Assembly (NCBI GenBank): GCA_035642255.1
Contig: DASQSS010000381.1
Location: forward strand, 1 to 48,084
DNA from: Ktedonobacterales bacterium
GTDB lineage: Bacteria > Chloroflexota > Ktedonobacteria > Ktedonobacterales > JADMIN01
Direction of reading: 5' to 3'
DNA: 48,084 bases
Both the position numbers and the translations under genes were made by a program. Below the pieces are notes generated by a model. It ran no database searches, was not told the origin of the DNA, and was given only the letters and a program-made list of their open reading frames with translations. Position 1 is the stretch's first letter, and every line of letters starts with the position of its first letter. Shown one piece after another: positions 1-9,961 of this stretch.

Positions 1-202
1 GCGACCACCCGGAACGTGCGCAACTGTTGCAGATTCATAACCGCGCCTTATGCTAACGATAACGAACTACTACGTTGATTATACTTGATTTGGGGTATGC
101 TGTCACCCGTATATGTTAGGTACGCAGGCGCGTTGGCTCACTGTCGCGCGGACGCGCCTCCCACGATGATGTGCGGCGCCATCATGGCGCGGAGGAGACA
201 CC

Positions 203-1531
203 ATGACGATTGACAGCAACGGCCACAATGGCCACGCCAGTCACGCCGATCAGCCTCGCTCACAGCAAACCGCCGCGGCTCTGGCGGAGCGCTGGGAGCA
301 CGACGCCCGCTGGCAGGGCATCACACGTCCATATAGCGCAGACGATGTACTGCGCCTGCGTGGCTCGGTGGTTGTCGAGCACACACTGGCGCGACTGGGC
401 GCCGAGCGTCTCTGGGATCTGCTCCACTCGGAGCCGTATATCCCAGCGCTGGGCGCGCTGACAGGCAACCAGGCGGTGCAGCAGGTCAAGGCGGGCCTGC
501 AGGCGATCTATCTGAGTGGTTGGCAGGTCGCCGCCGACGCGAACCTCGCCGGGCAGATGTATCCGGATCAGAGTCTCTATCCGGCCAACAGCGTGCCAGC
601 CGTCGTCAAGCGCATCAATCAGGCGCTGCAGCGCGCCGATCAGATCGATCACTCGGAGGGCGGCAGCGACACGTACTGGTTCGCGCCGATCGTGGCCGAC
701 GCTGAGGCTGGCTTTGGCGGACCGCTGAACGTCTTCGAGCTGATGAAGGCGATGATCGAGGCGGGCGCCGCTGGCGTCCACTTCGAGGATCAGCTCGCCT
801 CGGAGAAGAAGTGCGGCCACATGGGCGGCAAGGTGCTTGTGCCAACCTCCACCGCGATTCGCCATCTCGTCGCCGCGCGCCTGGCCGCTGACGTCTCCGA
901 CGTGCCGACGCTGCTCGTCGCGCGCACCGACGCCAATGGCGCCAACCTGCTGACCTCCGACATCGACGAGCGCGACCACGCCTTCCTGACGGGCGAGCGC
1001 ACCGTCGAGGGCTTCTATCGTGTCAACGCTGGCATCGATCAGGCTATCGCGCGCGGCCTGGCCTACGCGCCATACGCCGATCTGATCTGGTGCGAGACAT
1101 CCGAGCCAAACATCGAGGAGGCCGAGCGATTCGCCAAGGCGATCCACGCGAAGTTCCCTGGCAAGCTGCTCGCCTACAACTGCTCGCCGTCGTTCAACTG
1201 GAAGAAGAAGCTCGACGAGGAGACTATCGCGCACTTCCAGCAGCGCATCGGCGAGATGGGCTACAAGTTCCAGTTCGTCACGCTGGCGGGCTTCCACGCG
1301 ATCAACTACAGCATGTTTGATCTGGCGCGTGGCTATCGCGAGCGCGGCATGGCGGCCTACTCGGAGTTCCAGCAGGGCGAATTCGCGGCCGAGTCCCACG
1401 GCTACACGGCGACGCGCCACCAGCGCGAGGTCGGCACGGGCTACTTCGACGAGGTCGCGCAGGTCATTTCGGGCGGTGAGTCCTCAACGACGGCGCTGGC
1501 TGGCTCGACCGAAGCGGCCCAGTTCCACTAG
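203..1531 (+). CDS. aceA: Isocitrate lyase
   Basis: 442-aa ORF with the ICL active-site signature KKCGHMGGK and typical flanking blocks ([17 protein letters not shown]). GGAGGAG Shine-Dalgarno at 191-197, 5 nt before the ATG. Confidence 0.95.
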   Translation: MTIDSNGHNGHASHADQPRSQQTAAALAERWEHDARWQGITRPYSADDVLRLRGSVVVEHTLARLGAERLWDLLHSEPYIPALGALTGNQAVQQVKAGLQAIYLSGWQVAADANLAGQMYPDQSLYPANSVPAVVKRINQALQRADQIDHSEGGSDTYWFAPIVADAEAGFGGPLNVFELMKAMIEAGAAGVHFEDQLASEKKCGHMGGKVLVPTSTAIRHLVAARLAADVSDVPTLLVARTDANGANLLTSDIDERDHAFLTGERTVEGFYRVNAGIDQAIARGLAYAPYADLIWCETSEPNIEEAERFAKAIHAKFPGKLLAYNCSPSFNWKKKLDEETIAHFQQRIGEMGYKFQFVTLAGFHAINYSMFDLARGYRERGMAAYSEFQQGEFAAESHGYTATRHQREVGTGYFDEVAQVISGGESSTTALAGSTEAAQFH

Positions 1532-1694
1532 GACACGGCGAGAGTACCGCTCACCTGTATTCGGCAAGCGCTCGCTTGCGCGCCCGTCTGCGCGTGGGCG
1601 GGCGCTTGTCGTATGCTGTGCGCGAAGCGCGTCGCTGGGTCGTTCCCAGCGTGGCATGGAGCGGCATCGACTTGAGCAAGGCCGGAGGAGCGCA

Positions 1695-3302
<1,608 letters not shown>

Positions 3303-3352
3303 CGAGCGCCAACCGCATCCGGCCCATCCGTCTCGGCGCTCGCCAGTGTCGG

Positions 3353-3380
3353 TGGCGGGTGGGCCTGTCCGCGTAACCTC
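3353..3380. repeat. Left copy of perfect 28-bp direct repeat TGGCGGGTGGGCCTGTCCGCGTAACCTC
   Basis: Identical 28-mer at 4259-4286. Weaker similarity extends ~15 nt further upstream (CGCTCGCCA...). Confidence 0.9.
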
Positions 3381-3420
3381 GCATGCTCATACATGCGTCG
3401 GTCAGTCATTTTAGATGTTA

Positions 3421-3429
3421 TGGTAGAAT
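3421..3429 (+). promoter_or_regulatory. Candidate extended -10 promoter (TGgTAGAAT) of the TA cassette
   Basis: TGGTAGAAT lies in an unusually AT-rich patch (3381-3440), ~70 nt upstream of the antitoxin ATG. No good -35. Confidence 0.35.
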
Positions 3430-3497
3430 CCTCCACAGCGTCGAAGCAGGTCAGTGACGCTTACGATGCTATTGATGACGCGGAGAGACTTTCTGCC

Positions 3498-3788
3498 ATG
3501 ACACACACCATCACGTTGAGTGACGATCAATTTGCCAGACTCGAAGCGGTTGCGCGCCTGTACCATCGACCAGTAGACCAGGTGATCGCTGATCTCCTCG
3601 CGAGATTCGCAGTGTCAACCGCTCCGCTGACGGCAGAGGAGCATGAGCGGCGCTGGTCTGACTTCATGCATGCTGTCGGAAGCATTCAGCATGGCGCGCC
3701 TTTGAGCAATGAAGCCATAGACGAGCTTATTGGAGATGAGGCGGGGGAGACGCATGCAGCCAGCAGCGGGGATGCCGACGCCTGCTAG
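3498..3788 (+). CDS. Ribbon-helix-helix-like antitoxin (putative VapB-type)
   Basis: Small ORF directly upstream of, and overlapping, a PIN-domain gene. The N-terminus MTHTITLSDDQFARLEAVARLY... looks CopG/RHH-like. ATG 3498 is preceded by GGAGAG. The 3393 start in the ORF track is less likely. Confidence 0.6.
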   Translation: MTHTITLSDDQFARLEAVARLYHRPVDQVIADLLARFAVSTAPLTAEEHERRWSDFMHAVGSIQHGAPLSNEAIDELIGDEAGETHAASSGDADAC

Positions 3789-4206
3789 AAGCGTATTTAT
3801 TGACACGCAGGGATGGGTGGAGATGTTCCACGCCGCTGCGCTTCACCACTCCCAGGCTGTGGCGTTTCTGCGCGACGCTCATGCGCATCGCTGGACGTTA
3901 TTTACATCCAACATGGTCCTCTCTGAGCTTACGCCACTTCTGCGCTCCCGCCATTTTCGGTTGCCGCAGCCGCAGATTCTCGATGTCATTACTCGCATCC
4001 GTGCTCTGCCAGACCTGATCACGATTCATGTTGACGCGCTGCTTGATGAACAGGCCTGGAGTCTGCTCTACGCCAACCCGCAGCAACCGTGGTCACATGT
4101 GGACGCGACCAGTATGGTCGTCATGCGCCAGATTGGGCTCACGGAGATTCTCACCGCAGATCACCACTTTGCGCAAGCCGGTTTCACCATCTTGCTTCAG
4201 CCATGA
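3772..4206 (+). CDS. PIN-domain ribonuclease toxin (VapC-like)
   Basis: VFIDTQGW..., SELTPLL, DATSMVVM and LTADHHF supply the four spaced acidic residues of PIN domains. Its start overlaps the antitoxin stop. The start is uncertain (3754 or 3772). Confidence 0.75.
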   Translation: MPTPARSVFIDTQGWVEMFHAAALHHSQAVAFLRDAHAHRWTLFTSNMVLSELTPLLRSRHFRLPQPQILDVITRIRALPDLITIHVDALLDEQAWSLLYANPQQPWSHVDATSMVVMRQIGLTEILTADHHFAQAGFTILLQP

Positions 4207-4258
4207 TCTCAAGCCACCATCGCTCACTCTTCTGCCCCCTGACGCTCGCCACCGACGC

Positions 4259-4286
4259 TGGCGGGTGGGCCTGTCCGCGTAACCTC
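4259..4286. repeat. Right copy of perfect 28-bp direct repeat flanking the TA cassette
   Basis: Exact match to 3353-3380. The two copies bracket only the RHH/PIN gene pair. Confidence 0.9.
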
Positions 4287-4350
4287 CATAGCCTCAGCGG
4301 CGTACACTCCCGTGATATAGGCGAGCCAAGCGCGTGAAGGGTGCGAGACG

Positions 4351-5145
4351 ATGGCGATACCCAAACCTGCCCATCTGGGGCCAGCCTATGCCGCGCAGTT
4401 TCAGGATGCGGCGGTCGTCGCGGCGTATCCCACGCGCCCACCCTATCCGGCGGCGGTGTTCGATCTGCTCACGTCCCTGGTGGTCGGGCCGCGCGTCGCC
4501 CTTGACGCTGGCTGCGGCACGGGAGATGTGGCGCGGCGGCTGGCTCCGCGCATAGAGCGGATGGACGCCGTGGACATCTCGGCGGCGATGGTAGCGGCGG
4601 GCCAGCGACTGCCAGGTGGAGACGCGGCGAACCTGCGCTGGCAGGTTGCCGCGCTGGAGGATGCGCCGCTTGCGGGTCCGTATGGCCTTGTGGTGGCAGG
4701 TGAGAGCTTGCACTGGATGGACTGGGAGCGTGTCCTGCCCCGGCTACACGCGGCGCTGGCCCCTGGCGCGATGCTCGCCATCGTCGAGCGCGCTGAGGAG
4801 CCGTCGCCGTGGTCAGCCGCACTACTCCGGCTCATCGTGCGCTACTCGACGAATCACGATTTTCGGCCATATGATCTCGTGGCCGAGCTGGCGCGACGCG
4901 ATCTCTTCACGCTGGCGGGCGCGACGCGCGTGGAGCCTGAGCCATTTACCCAGCGCCTCGCCGCGTATGTTGAGTCCATCCACTCACGTAACGGCTTTTC
5001 ACGTGATCGCATGCGCCCTGAGGATGCCGCCGCCTTCGACGCCGCCGCCACCAACCTCATCGCGCCCCATGCGCCCAGCGGCCAGGTGACGCTACACATC
5101 GGCGCGGAGCTTCGGTGGGGCAGCCCTCGCGCGCAGGCGCAGTGA
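4351..5145 (+). CDS. Class I SAM-dependent methyltransferase
   Basis: Motif I VALDAGCGTGDVARRLAP followed by an acidic residue (AVDIS), at typical Rossmann-fold methyltransferase length. Confidence 0.8.
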   Translation: MAIPKPAHLGPAYAAQFQDAAVVAAYPTRPPYPAAVFDLLTSLVVGPRVALDAGCGTGDVARRLAPRIERMDAVDISAAMVAAGQRLPGGDAANLRWQVAALEDAPLAGPYGLVVAGESLHWMDWERVLPRLHAALAPGAMLAIVERAEEPSPWSAALLRLIVRYSTNHDFRPYDLVAELARRDLFTLAGATRVEPEPFTQRLAAYVESIHSRNGFSRDRMRPEDAAAFDAAATNLIAPHAPSGQVTLHIGAELRWGSPRAQAQ

Positions 5146-5208
5146 GCGCGGGCGTATTCATCTGGGAGCGGACGTGTGACGCAAGCGGAGGCGACGAGCG
5201 CACGGTAT

Positions 5209-5235
5209 GCGCTACCTCAGGTGAGCGGGTAGCGC
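5209..5235. terminator. Hairpin between convergent genes (GCGCTACC-N11-GGTAGCGC)
   Basis: 8-bp perfect stem between the methyltransferase stop (5145) and the stop of the 719-aa gene (5241). No clear U-tract. Confidence 0.35.
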
Positions 5236-5240
5236 GCCAC

Positions 5241-7400
5241 TCAGGAGGCCAACTCTTCGCGGAGGTTGTGGAGTTGATCCGCCGGGATCATGTTGAAGCG
5301 GATCAGCAGCGACGCCAGATCGTTGTCCTGGCCGTTCGCCGCCATTTCCTGCTTCACGCGACCTAGCGAGGCGATCTGCTGCGGGCTGACCAGTCCGCGA
5401 CTCACTAGCAGCGCGGCGAGCAACTGGTCAGCGCTGAGGAACTTGAACATGACCGCGAGCTCACCGAGCTTGCGCGGCATGTTGGCGCCCGAAAGCATCT
5501 GCTGGATGCCGCGCAGCGTTTCGAGCTTGCTGGGCGTGAGCAGCGCGCCCTCCACCAGCACGCTACCGAGCGCCGTCTCTGTCGGAGTAGATGGCTGTCC
5601 GAGCGAATGCTTTGGGATGGTGGAGAAGGGGGTAGCGACTGCGGCGGTCGAGCGCTCATAGACCTCGGGAGCGCCTGGCTCCAGCGGCTCTGACGCCGAG
5701 AAATCCGGCGCGGGCATGGTCGGCTGTCGATCGAGGGCGTCGATGCCGCGTGGCGCATCCCAGGGGCGTTCCTGAGTGCTGCTGTACTGTGGCTCGGAGG
5801 TCGGGCGACGTGGCTCCGAGGTTGCGGCTGACCAGGCGTCCACATGCAGACGGAAAGCGTCCTCGGACAGCGCGCCTGTCTGTGTCTCGCTCTCGCCATC
5901 GGGTGGCGCCCAGGCGTCCTGGAAGGCCGGCTCGCTGCGCGCTGGTTGGGAGACGTGCGAGCTAAAAGCGCCAAGAGCGCCTATCGGGGTGGGCGGTGGT
6001 CCGAACATCTGGCGCGCGCCGGGGTCGGAGCCGAAGCTCATCGGGCCGTCGTCTGGTGTGCGCCATCCGGTGAACCCAGGCGCATCCGCGAGGTATCCGC
6101 CGGAGCCAGCGCCCCACGAGCTTGGACCGTTTGGATGCGACACTCCCGGGATGGATGGCCCTACGTGCGCGGAGCCAGCGGCTGGGCCCATGCCAAGACC
6201 TGATTCACGACCTGACGCGAATGGGTTGGCTGACTGACCAATGCCCTGCGCGAAAGACGAGACTGGAGCGGAAGGAGACGCTGGTACGAAAGGCGCGCCA
6301 CCGTCTCCCGCGAATGGATTGGAGCCATACGGCTGCGCGAAGGGCGATGTCACGACCTCAGGAGAGAACGGATTGGCGCTGGTTGGCTGGGCGAATGGGC
6401 TACTCTGTGCGCCGCTCGGCAGCGGCATGGAGTATCCATAGGGCGGTGAGTGGGGCGTTATACCGCCCTGAAAGCCGCCTTGAAAGCCGCCCAGGGGAGA
6501 GCCGCTCTGGGGAAAGCCACCTTGAATGCTACCTTGCCCGTACATGCTCTCAGAGAATGGCGTTGTCTCCATCGCCGCGCCAGACTGCCCCGGCGCGCCA
6601 AACCCGTACATTGACGGCGCTGAGGGCGAGGGGGCGAACCCTTGCGGCGCGAACCCGCCAGGGGGAACGCTATAGCCGCTTATGCCAGCCGCTGGCTGGC
6701 CGAGCGGGGACCCAGGCAGCGGTGTCATGCCAAAGGCGCCGCCCGCATATCCCGGACCGAAGCCCTGGCCATAGCCTTGGCCATAGCCTTGGCCATAGCC
6801 CTGGCCAGGGCCATACTCTGGCGCGAAGCCCGGGCGCTGACTGGGCGCGCCATACGCGCCGAAGCCCGGCTGTGCGCTGAAGGGCGGCGGATTCAGCCCG
6901 AGCGCGGCGCCGAGCGGTTGAATGCCGCCATCGGGCGCATAGCTGACAGAGCCGGAGGGCGCTGGGCCATTCAAGGGGACTCGCTGGCGCACGGTATCCA
7001 CCACGCGCTGGAACTCATGCGCGCCGTGGATCTCGACATCGGCGATGGCGCGAGCGGAGGGCTCGAAATCAAGCTCGAGGTCGTTTGCTGGCGTCATGTA
7101 ACGGAAGGTCAGCACCTGCATCGCCCGGCCACGGCGCTGCGCATCGAGCGCCACCCAGAATTCACGCCGTCCCGCGGTCGCCGCGCCGAGGTCCACCAGC
7201 ACCAGTGTGACCAGATTCTTACCCAGGATGTCGAATAGCTCGACGGGAGTTCGGGCGCTGCGCACGTCATAGCCAGCCATACGAAGCTGTGACAGCAACG
7301 GGACCGCGATGGAATCGTCGCGCTCGAAGAGGGTAATCAAGGGCGCCGAAGCGCGCGCATCCTGCTCCACTGGTATCCCTCGCATGTAGGCTTGTGCCAT
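5241..7400 (-). CDS. Receiver(REC)-like domain / ~430-aa low-complexity G-P-S-Q-Y-F linker / C-terminal GspE-N (T2SSE_N/MshEN)-like repeats
   Basis: The N-terminus (ITLFERDDSIAV...LVLVDLGA) resembles CheY-like receivers. The centre carries GYGQGYGQGYGQG, NPF and PFAQP repeats. The C-terminus carries LGSVLVEGALLTPSKLETL and KLGELAVMFKFLSADQLLAALL, reminiscent of T2SSE N-terminal domains. Confidence 0.7.
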   Translation of the reverse strand: MAQAYMRGIPVEQDARASAPLITLFERDDSIAVPLLSQLRMAGYDVRSARTPVELFDILGKNLVTLVLVDLGAATAGRREFWVALDAQRRGRAMQVLTFRYMTPANDLELDFEPSARAIADVEIHGAHEFQRVVDTVRQRVPLNGPAPSGSVSYAPDGGIQPLGAALGLNPPPFSAQPGFGAYGAPSQRPGFAPEYGPGQGYGQGYGQGYGQGFGPGYAGGAFGMTPLPGSPLGQPAAGISGYSVPPGGFAPQGFAPSPSAPSMYGFGAPGQSGAAMETTPFSESMYGQGSIQGGFPQSGSPLGGFQGGFQGGITPHSPPYGYSMPLPSGAQSSPFAQPTSANPFSPEVVTSPFAQPYGSNPFAGDGGAPFVPASPSAPVSSFAQGIGQSANPFASGRESGLGMGPAAGSAHVGPSIPGVSHPNGPSSWGAGSGGYLADAPGFTGWRTPDDGPMSFGSDPGARQMFGPPPTPIGALGAFSSHVSQPARSEPAFQDAWAPPDGESETQTGALSEDAFRLHVDAWSAATSEPRRPTSEPQYSSTQERPWDAPRGIDALDRQPTMPAPDFSASEPLEPGAPEVYERSTAAVATPFSTIPKHSLGQPSTPTETALGSVLVEGALLTPSKLETLRGIQQMLSGANMPRKLGELAVMFKFLSADQLLAALLVSRGLVSPQQIASLGRVKQEMAANGQDNDLASLLIRFNMIPADQLHNLREELAS
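6766..6801 (-). repeat. In-frame 12-bp tandem repeat x3 (TGGCCATAGCCY) encoding GYGQGYGQGYGQ
   Basis: Three consecutive 12-nt units read directly from the sequence, inside the low-complexity linker. Confidence 0.9.
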
Positions 7401-7497
7401 ATGCTCCCTGAAGGCTCCCGACGCTTTTCAACACAGGCCGAATGGCCCCTTACGTTGCTAAACGTTTGTCCTGACAGGCGGCTTTGACTGCCTTCGT

Positions 7498-7525
7498 AGT
7501 ATACCATAAGGTACCATACGAGCAA
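7498..7525 (-). promoter_or_regulatory. Candidate sigma70-type promoter for the 719-aa gene
   Basis: On the minus strand: TTGCTC (7525-7520), 16-nt spacer, TGgTATACT (7506-7498). It lies ~90 nt upstream of the start at 7400. Confidence 0.4.
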
Positions 7526-7625
7526 AGACGCTCTACGCCGAAAATACCAGCCTCGGCGCTCTGCGTCGCCGCTTACGCATGGCCGCTGATTTTTACAGAG
7601 CGCGGTGAGCACGCTGTGGCGTCAC

Positions 7626-8348
7626 TCACGCATGGTACTTTCGCTCCCCTGCGCGGATCGCCATCGGCAGGTGGTTCTCGCGTGGCGCGAGGGGACAGAC
7701 CCAGCGCGCGTCATAGGCGCAGGAGGGGTTGTAGGCGTAGTTGAAGTCAAGCAGGATGCGCCCGCCCGCGTAGCCCGTCACCCCGTCAGCGACGCCATCC
7801 AGCGCGATCAGCTCGCTTCCCTTGACCGTGTCGAAGAGGTAGCGCCCGCCGCCATAGCTCTCGCTGGGGCAGGTCGCATCGCGGAACGCCAGAAAGAGTC
7901 CGCCGCCATAGACGTCAATCCAGTAGAGTGTGAGCGTGGCGGGCGTCTCGCCGAGGGTGAAGCTGACGCGGGCGGCTGGCTGGAAGCGCATCGTGTGCGG
8001 ACCACTGGCCTCGATCTGCGGCTCCTCCTGCTCGTCCGTCGCGTCGGAAGCCTCCTGGGCAAGTGGCGTCAATGCCGCCTCCACGCGCAGCTCTGGCGCG
8101 TAGGGAAAGTAGCGCAACCCGTTGAACGCGGCGCGCTCCTTGGCGGCGAGCGCCGACTGTGGATGCTGGGCGAAGAGCGTGTCTTTCCCAGCCCGGAAGC
8201 GGCGCAGCGTCTCCGCCTCGTCGACCCCCTGCCGATAGGCGTGTTCGCGCTCACGATAGAGGTTCATGACCCGGCGACGGTAGTCGTAGAGGTCCAGCCA
8301 GGTGGGCTGTCCTTGCGCGGATGTCGCTGCGGATGCCATCTCAGCCAT
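7626..8348 (-). CDS. DUF1684 family protein
   Basis: The C-terminal block FNYAYNPSCAYDARWVCPLAPRENHLPMAIRAGE and GGGRYL match my recollection of DUF1684. Confidence 0.8.
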   Translation of the reverse strand: MAEMASAATSAQGQPTWLDLYDYRRRVMNLYREREHAYRQGVDEAETLRRFRAGKDTLFAQHPQSALAAKERAAFNGLRYFPYAPELRVEAALTPLAQEASDATDEQEEPQIEASGPHTMRFQPAARVSFTLGETPATLTLYWIDVYGGGLFLAFRDATCPSESYGGGRYLFDTVKGSELIALDGVADGVTGYAGGRILLDFNYAYNPSCAYDARWVCPLAPRENHLPMAIRAGERKYHA

Positions 8349-8414
8349 AGCGCTCCTCTGTTCATCATATGGTGTCGACCGCCTCGACCATCTCGACTAC
8401 TGGCGCGCCGCATT

Positions 8415-9071
8415 CTACTCGACGGTGATGCCCATTGCGCGGACGAGAGCCAGCGCCTGCGCCTGGTCAATCGTCGCGCCGCGTAGCTCCTGTGGCCCGA
8501 CGCGCATACCGTCCAACTGGCAGGTGCGCAGGTCCACGCCCGCGAGTGTCGCGCCCGTGAAGTCGGCGTTGCTCAGGTCGCAGCGAATGAACGCCGCGCC
8601 AGTCAGATCGGTCATGCGAAAATCGCTGCCCGTGAGGGGGCAGTCCTCGAAGCGCACGCCGCGCATGGTCGCGCTGTAGAACTGCGCCAGATCGAGCTTG
8701 CAGTCCCGGAAGACGGTGTCGGCGAATGCGGCTTCCAGCGTGATAAATCCCGTCATGCGACAGCCGATGAACTCAGCCCTATGACATGCGAGATTGGGCC
8801 AGACCGCGTTGGCGAGATTGCAGCCCGTGAACCGCGCGTCCTCCGCGCGGAGATGGTCGCACTGGAGTCCTGTGGCAATGACTTTCGTGAAGATGACCGT
8901 ATCGAAATGTGGCCGCGCGATGACCCGCCCCGTGAGATCGATGCCCTGGTACTCCAGGCCCGCGCAGGTCTCGCCATCGGCTGGCTCATCGGCTGGCGAT
9001 TCGGCGAGGGGCAGGTCCTTCGGCAGCCGTGGCGCCTTGATCCCGGATTTCGGCTTGCGTGTTTCCGCCAT
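8415..9071 (-). CDS. Pentapeptide repeat protein
   Basis: Runs of A(D/N)LxF-type pentapeptides (FEDCPLTGSDFRMTDLTGAAFIRCDLSNADFTGATLAGVDLRTCQL). Confidence 0.85.
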   Translation of the reverse strand: MAETRKPKSGIKAPRLPKDLPLAESPADEPADGETCAGLEYQGIDLTGRVIARPHFDTVIFTKVIATGLQCDHLRAEDARFTGCNLANAVWPNLACHRAEFIGCRMTGFITLEAAFADTVFRDCKLDLAQFYSATMRGVRFEDCPLTGSDFRMTDLTGAAFIRCDLSNADFTGATLAGVDLRTCQLDGMRVGPQELRGATIDQAQALALVRAMGITVE

Positions 9072-9121
9072 GGTTCATCACCCTCCACTGGCGCGAGGTC
9101 TCAGCGTGCCAGCGAGCGCGC

Positions 9122-9835
9122 TCACACGGCGCCGCGCTGAAGCTCATGCAGATCGCGAATGCCCTTCTCGGCAAGGGCCAGCAGCTCATCGAGACGCGCG
9201 CGGCTAAACGGCTTGCCCTCGGCGGTTCCCTGCACCTCGATGAACTCGCCCTGGTCAGTCATCACGACGTTCGCATCCACCTCGGCGTGTGAATCTTCGC
9301 CATAGTTCAGGTCGAGCAGCGCCTGCCCCTTGACCACGCCGACGCTGATCGCGGCCACGCCCAGCTTGACCGGGTCCACCTTCAGCTTGCCTTCGGCCTT
9401 GAGTCGTTTCGTCGCCCGCTGCAGGGCGATCCACGCGCCCGTGATCGATGCCGTACGCGTGCCGCCATCGGCCTGGAGCACGTCGCAATCGAGCGTGATG
9501 GTGCGTTCACCCAGCGCGCGCAGATCGAGCGCGGCGCGCAGTGAGCGACCAATCAGTCGCTGAATCTCGTGCGTGCGCCCGCCGATCTTGCCGGCGACGC
9601 TCTCGCGCTTGGAGCGGGTATTGCCCGCGCGCGGCAGCATCGCATACTCTGAGGTCACCCAGCCCTGGCCGCGTCCCTCCAGAAAGGGTGGCACGCCGTC
9701 CTCGATGCTGGCGACGCACAGCACGCGCGTATCGCCAAACTCGATCAGCGCGGACCCCTCCGCATGCTTGATGTAGTCAACCGTGATGGTGATGGGACGC
9801 AACTGGTCGTTGGCGCGTCCGTCCGCGCGTGGCAT
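9122..9835 (-). CDS. rph: Ribonuclease PH
   Basis: [18 protein letters not shown]..., [11 protein letters not shown] and the C-terminal EVQGTAE blocks. The ORF-track start at 9949 is an upstream extension. ATG at 9835 was verified on the reverse complement. Confidence 0.93.
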   Translation of the reverse strand: MPRADGRANDQLRPITITVDYIKHAEGSALIEFGDTRVLCVASIEDGVPPFLEGRGQGWVTSEYAMLPRAGNTRSKRESVAGKIGGRTHEIQRLIGRSLRAALDLRALGERTITLDCDVLQADGGTRTASITGAWIALQRATKRLKAEGKLKVDPVKLGVAAISVGVVKGQALLDLNYGEDSHAEVDANVVMTDQGEFIEVQGTAEGKPFSRARLDELLALAEKGIRDLHELQRGAV

Positions 9836-9961
9836 GGCTTCCTCTTTCTTCTCTCGTCTGGCGCATGTGCGCGCCGTCTTCTGCCCTATAAGGGTAGCAG
9901 AAATGAGGGCATGTGCGCGCGGCTCGCCGTCCCGATGGTTCCCGCGCATGTCAGAGCCGCT

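Noticed and set aside
260-1420. 386-aa minus-strand ORF antisense to aceA. Similar long antisense or out-of-frame ORFs: 1704-3227, 15368-16633, 20547-21371, 24301-25188, 26247-27161, 30278-31432, 31622-32716, 36145-37284 and 43890-44696.
   Set aside because: All lie inside or across strongly supported genes. They have Arg/Ala/Gly/His-rich, motif-free translations typical of shadow ORFs in high-GC DNA, and lack SD sequences.
1317-1694. N-terminal 126 codons of the track ORF 1317-3302 (would overlap the aceA 3' end).
   Set aside because: The translation is Arg/Ser/Ala junk. A conserved malate-synthase N-terminus begins at ATG 1695, which has a GGAGGAG SD.
7484-7512. Plus-strand promoter-like TTGACT-N17-TAAGGT.
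   Set aside because: The only downstream plus-strand ORF (7605-8486) is a shadow of the DUF1684 and pentapeptide genes. The overlapping minus-strand promoter candidate fits the gene layout better.
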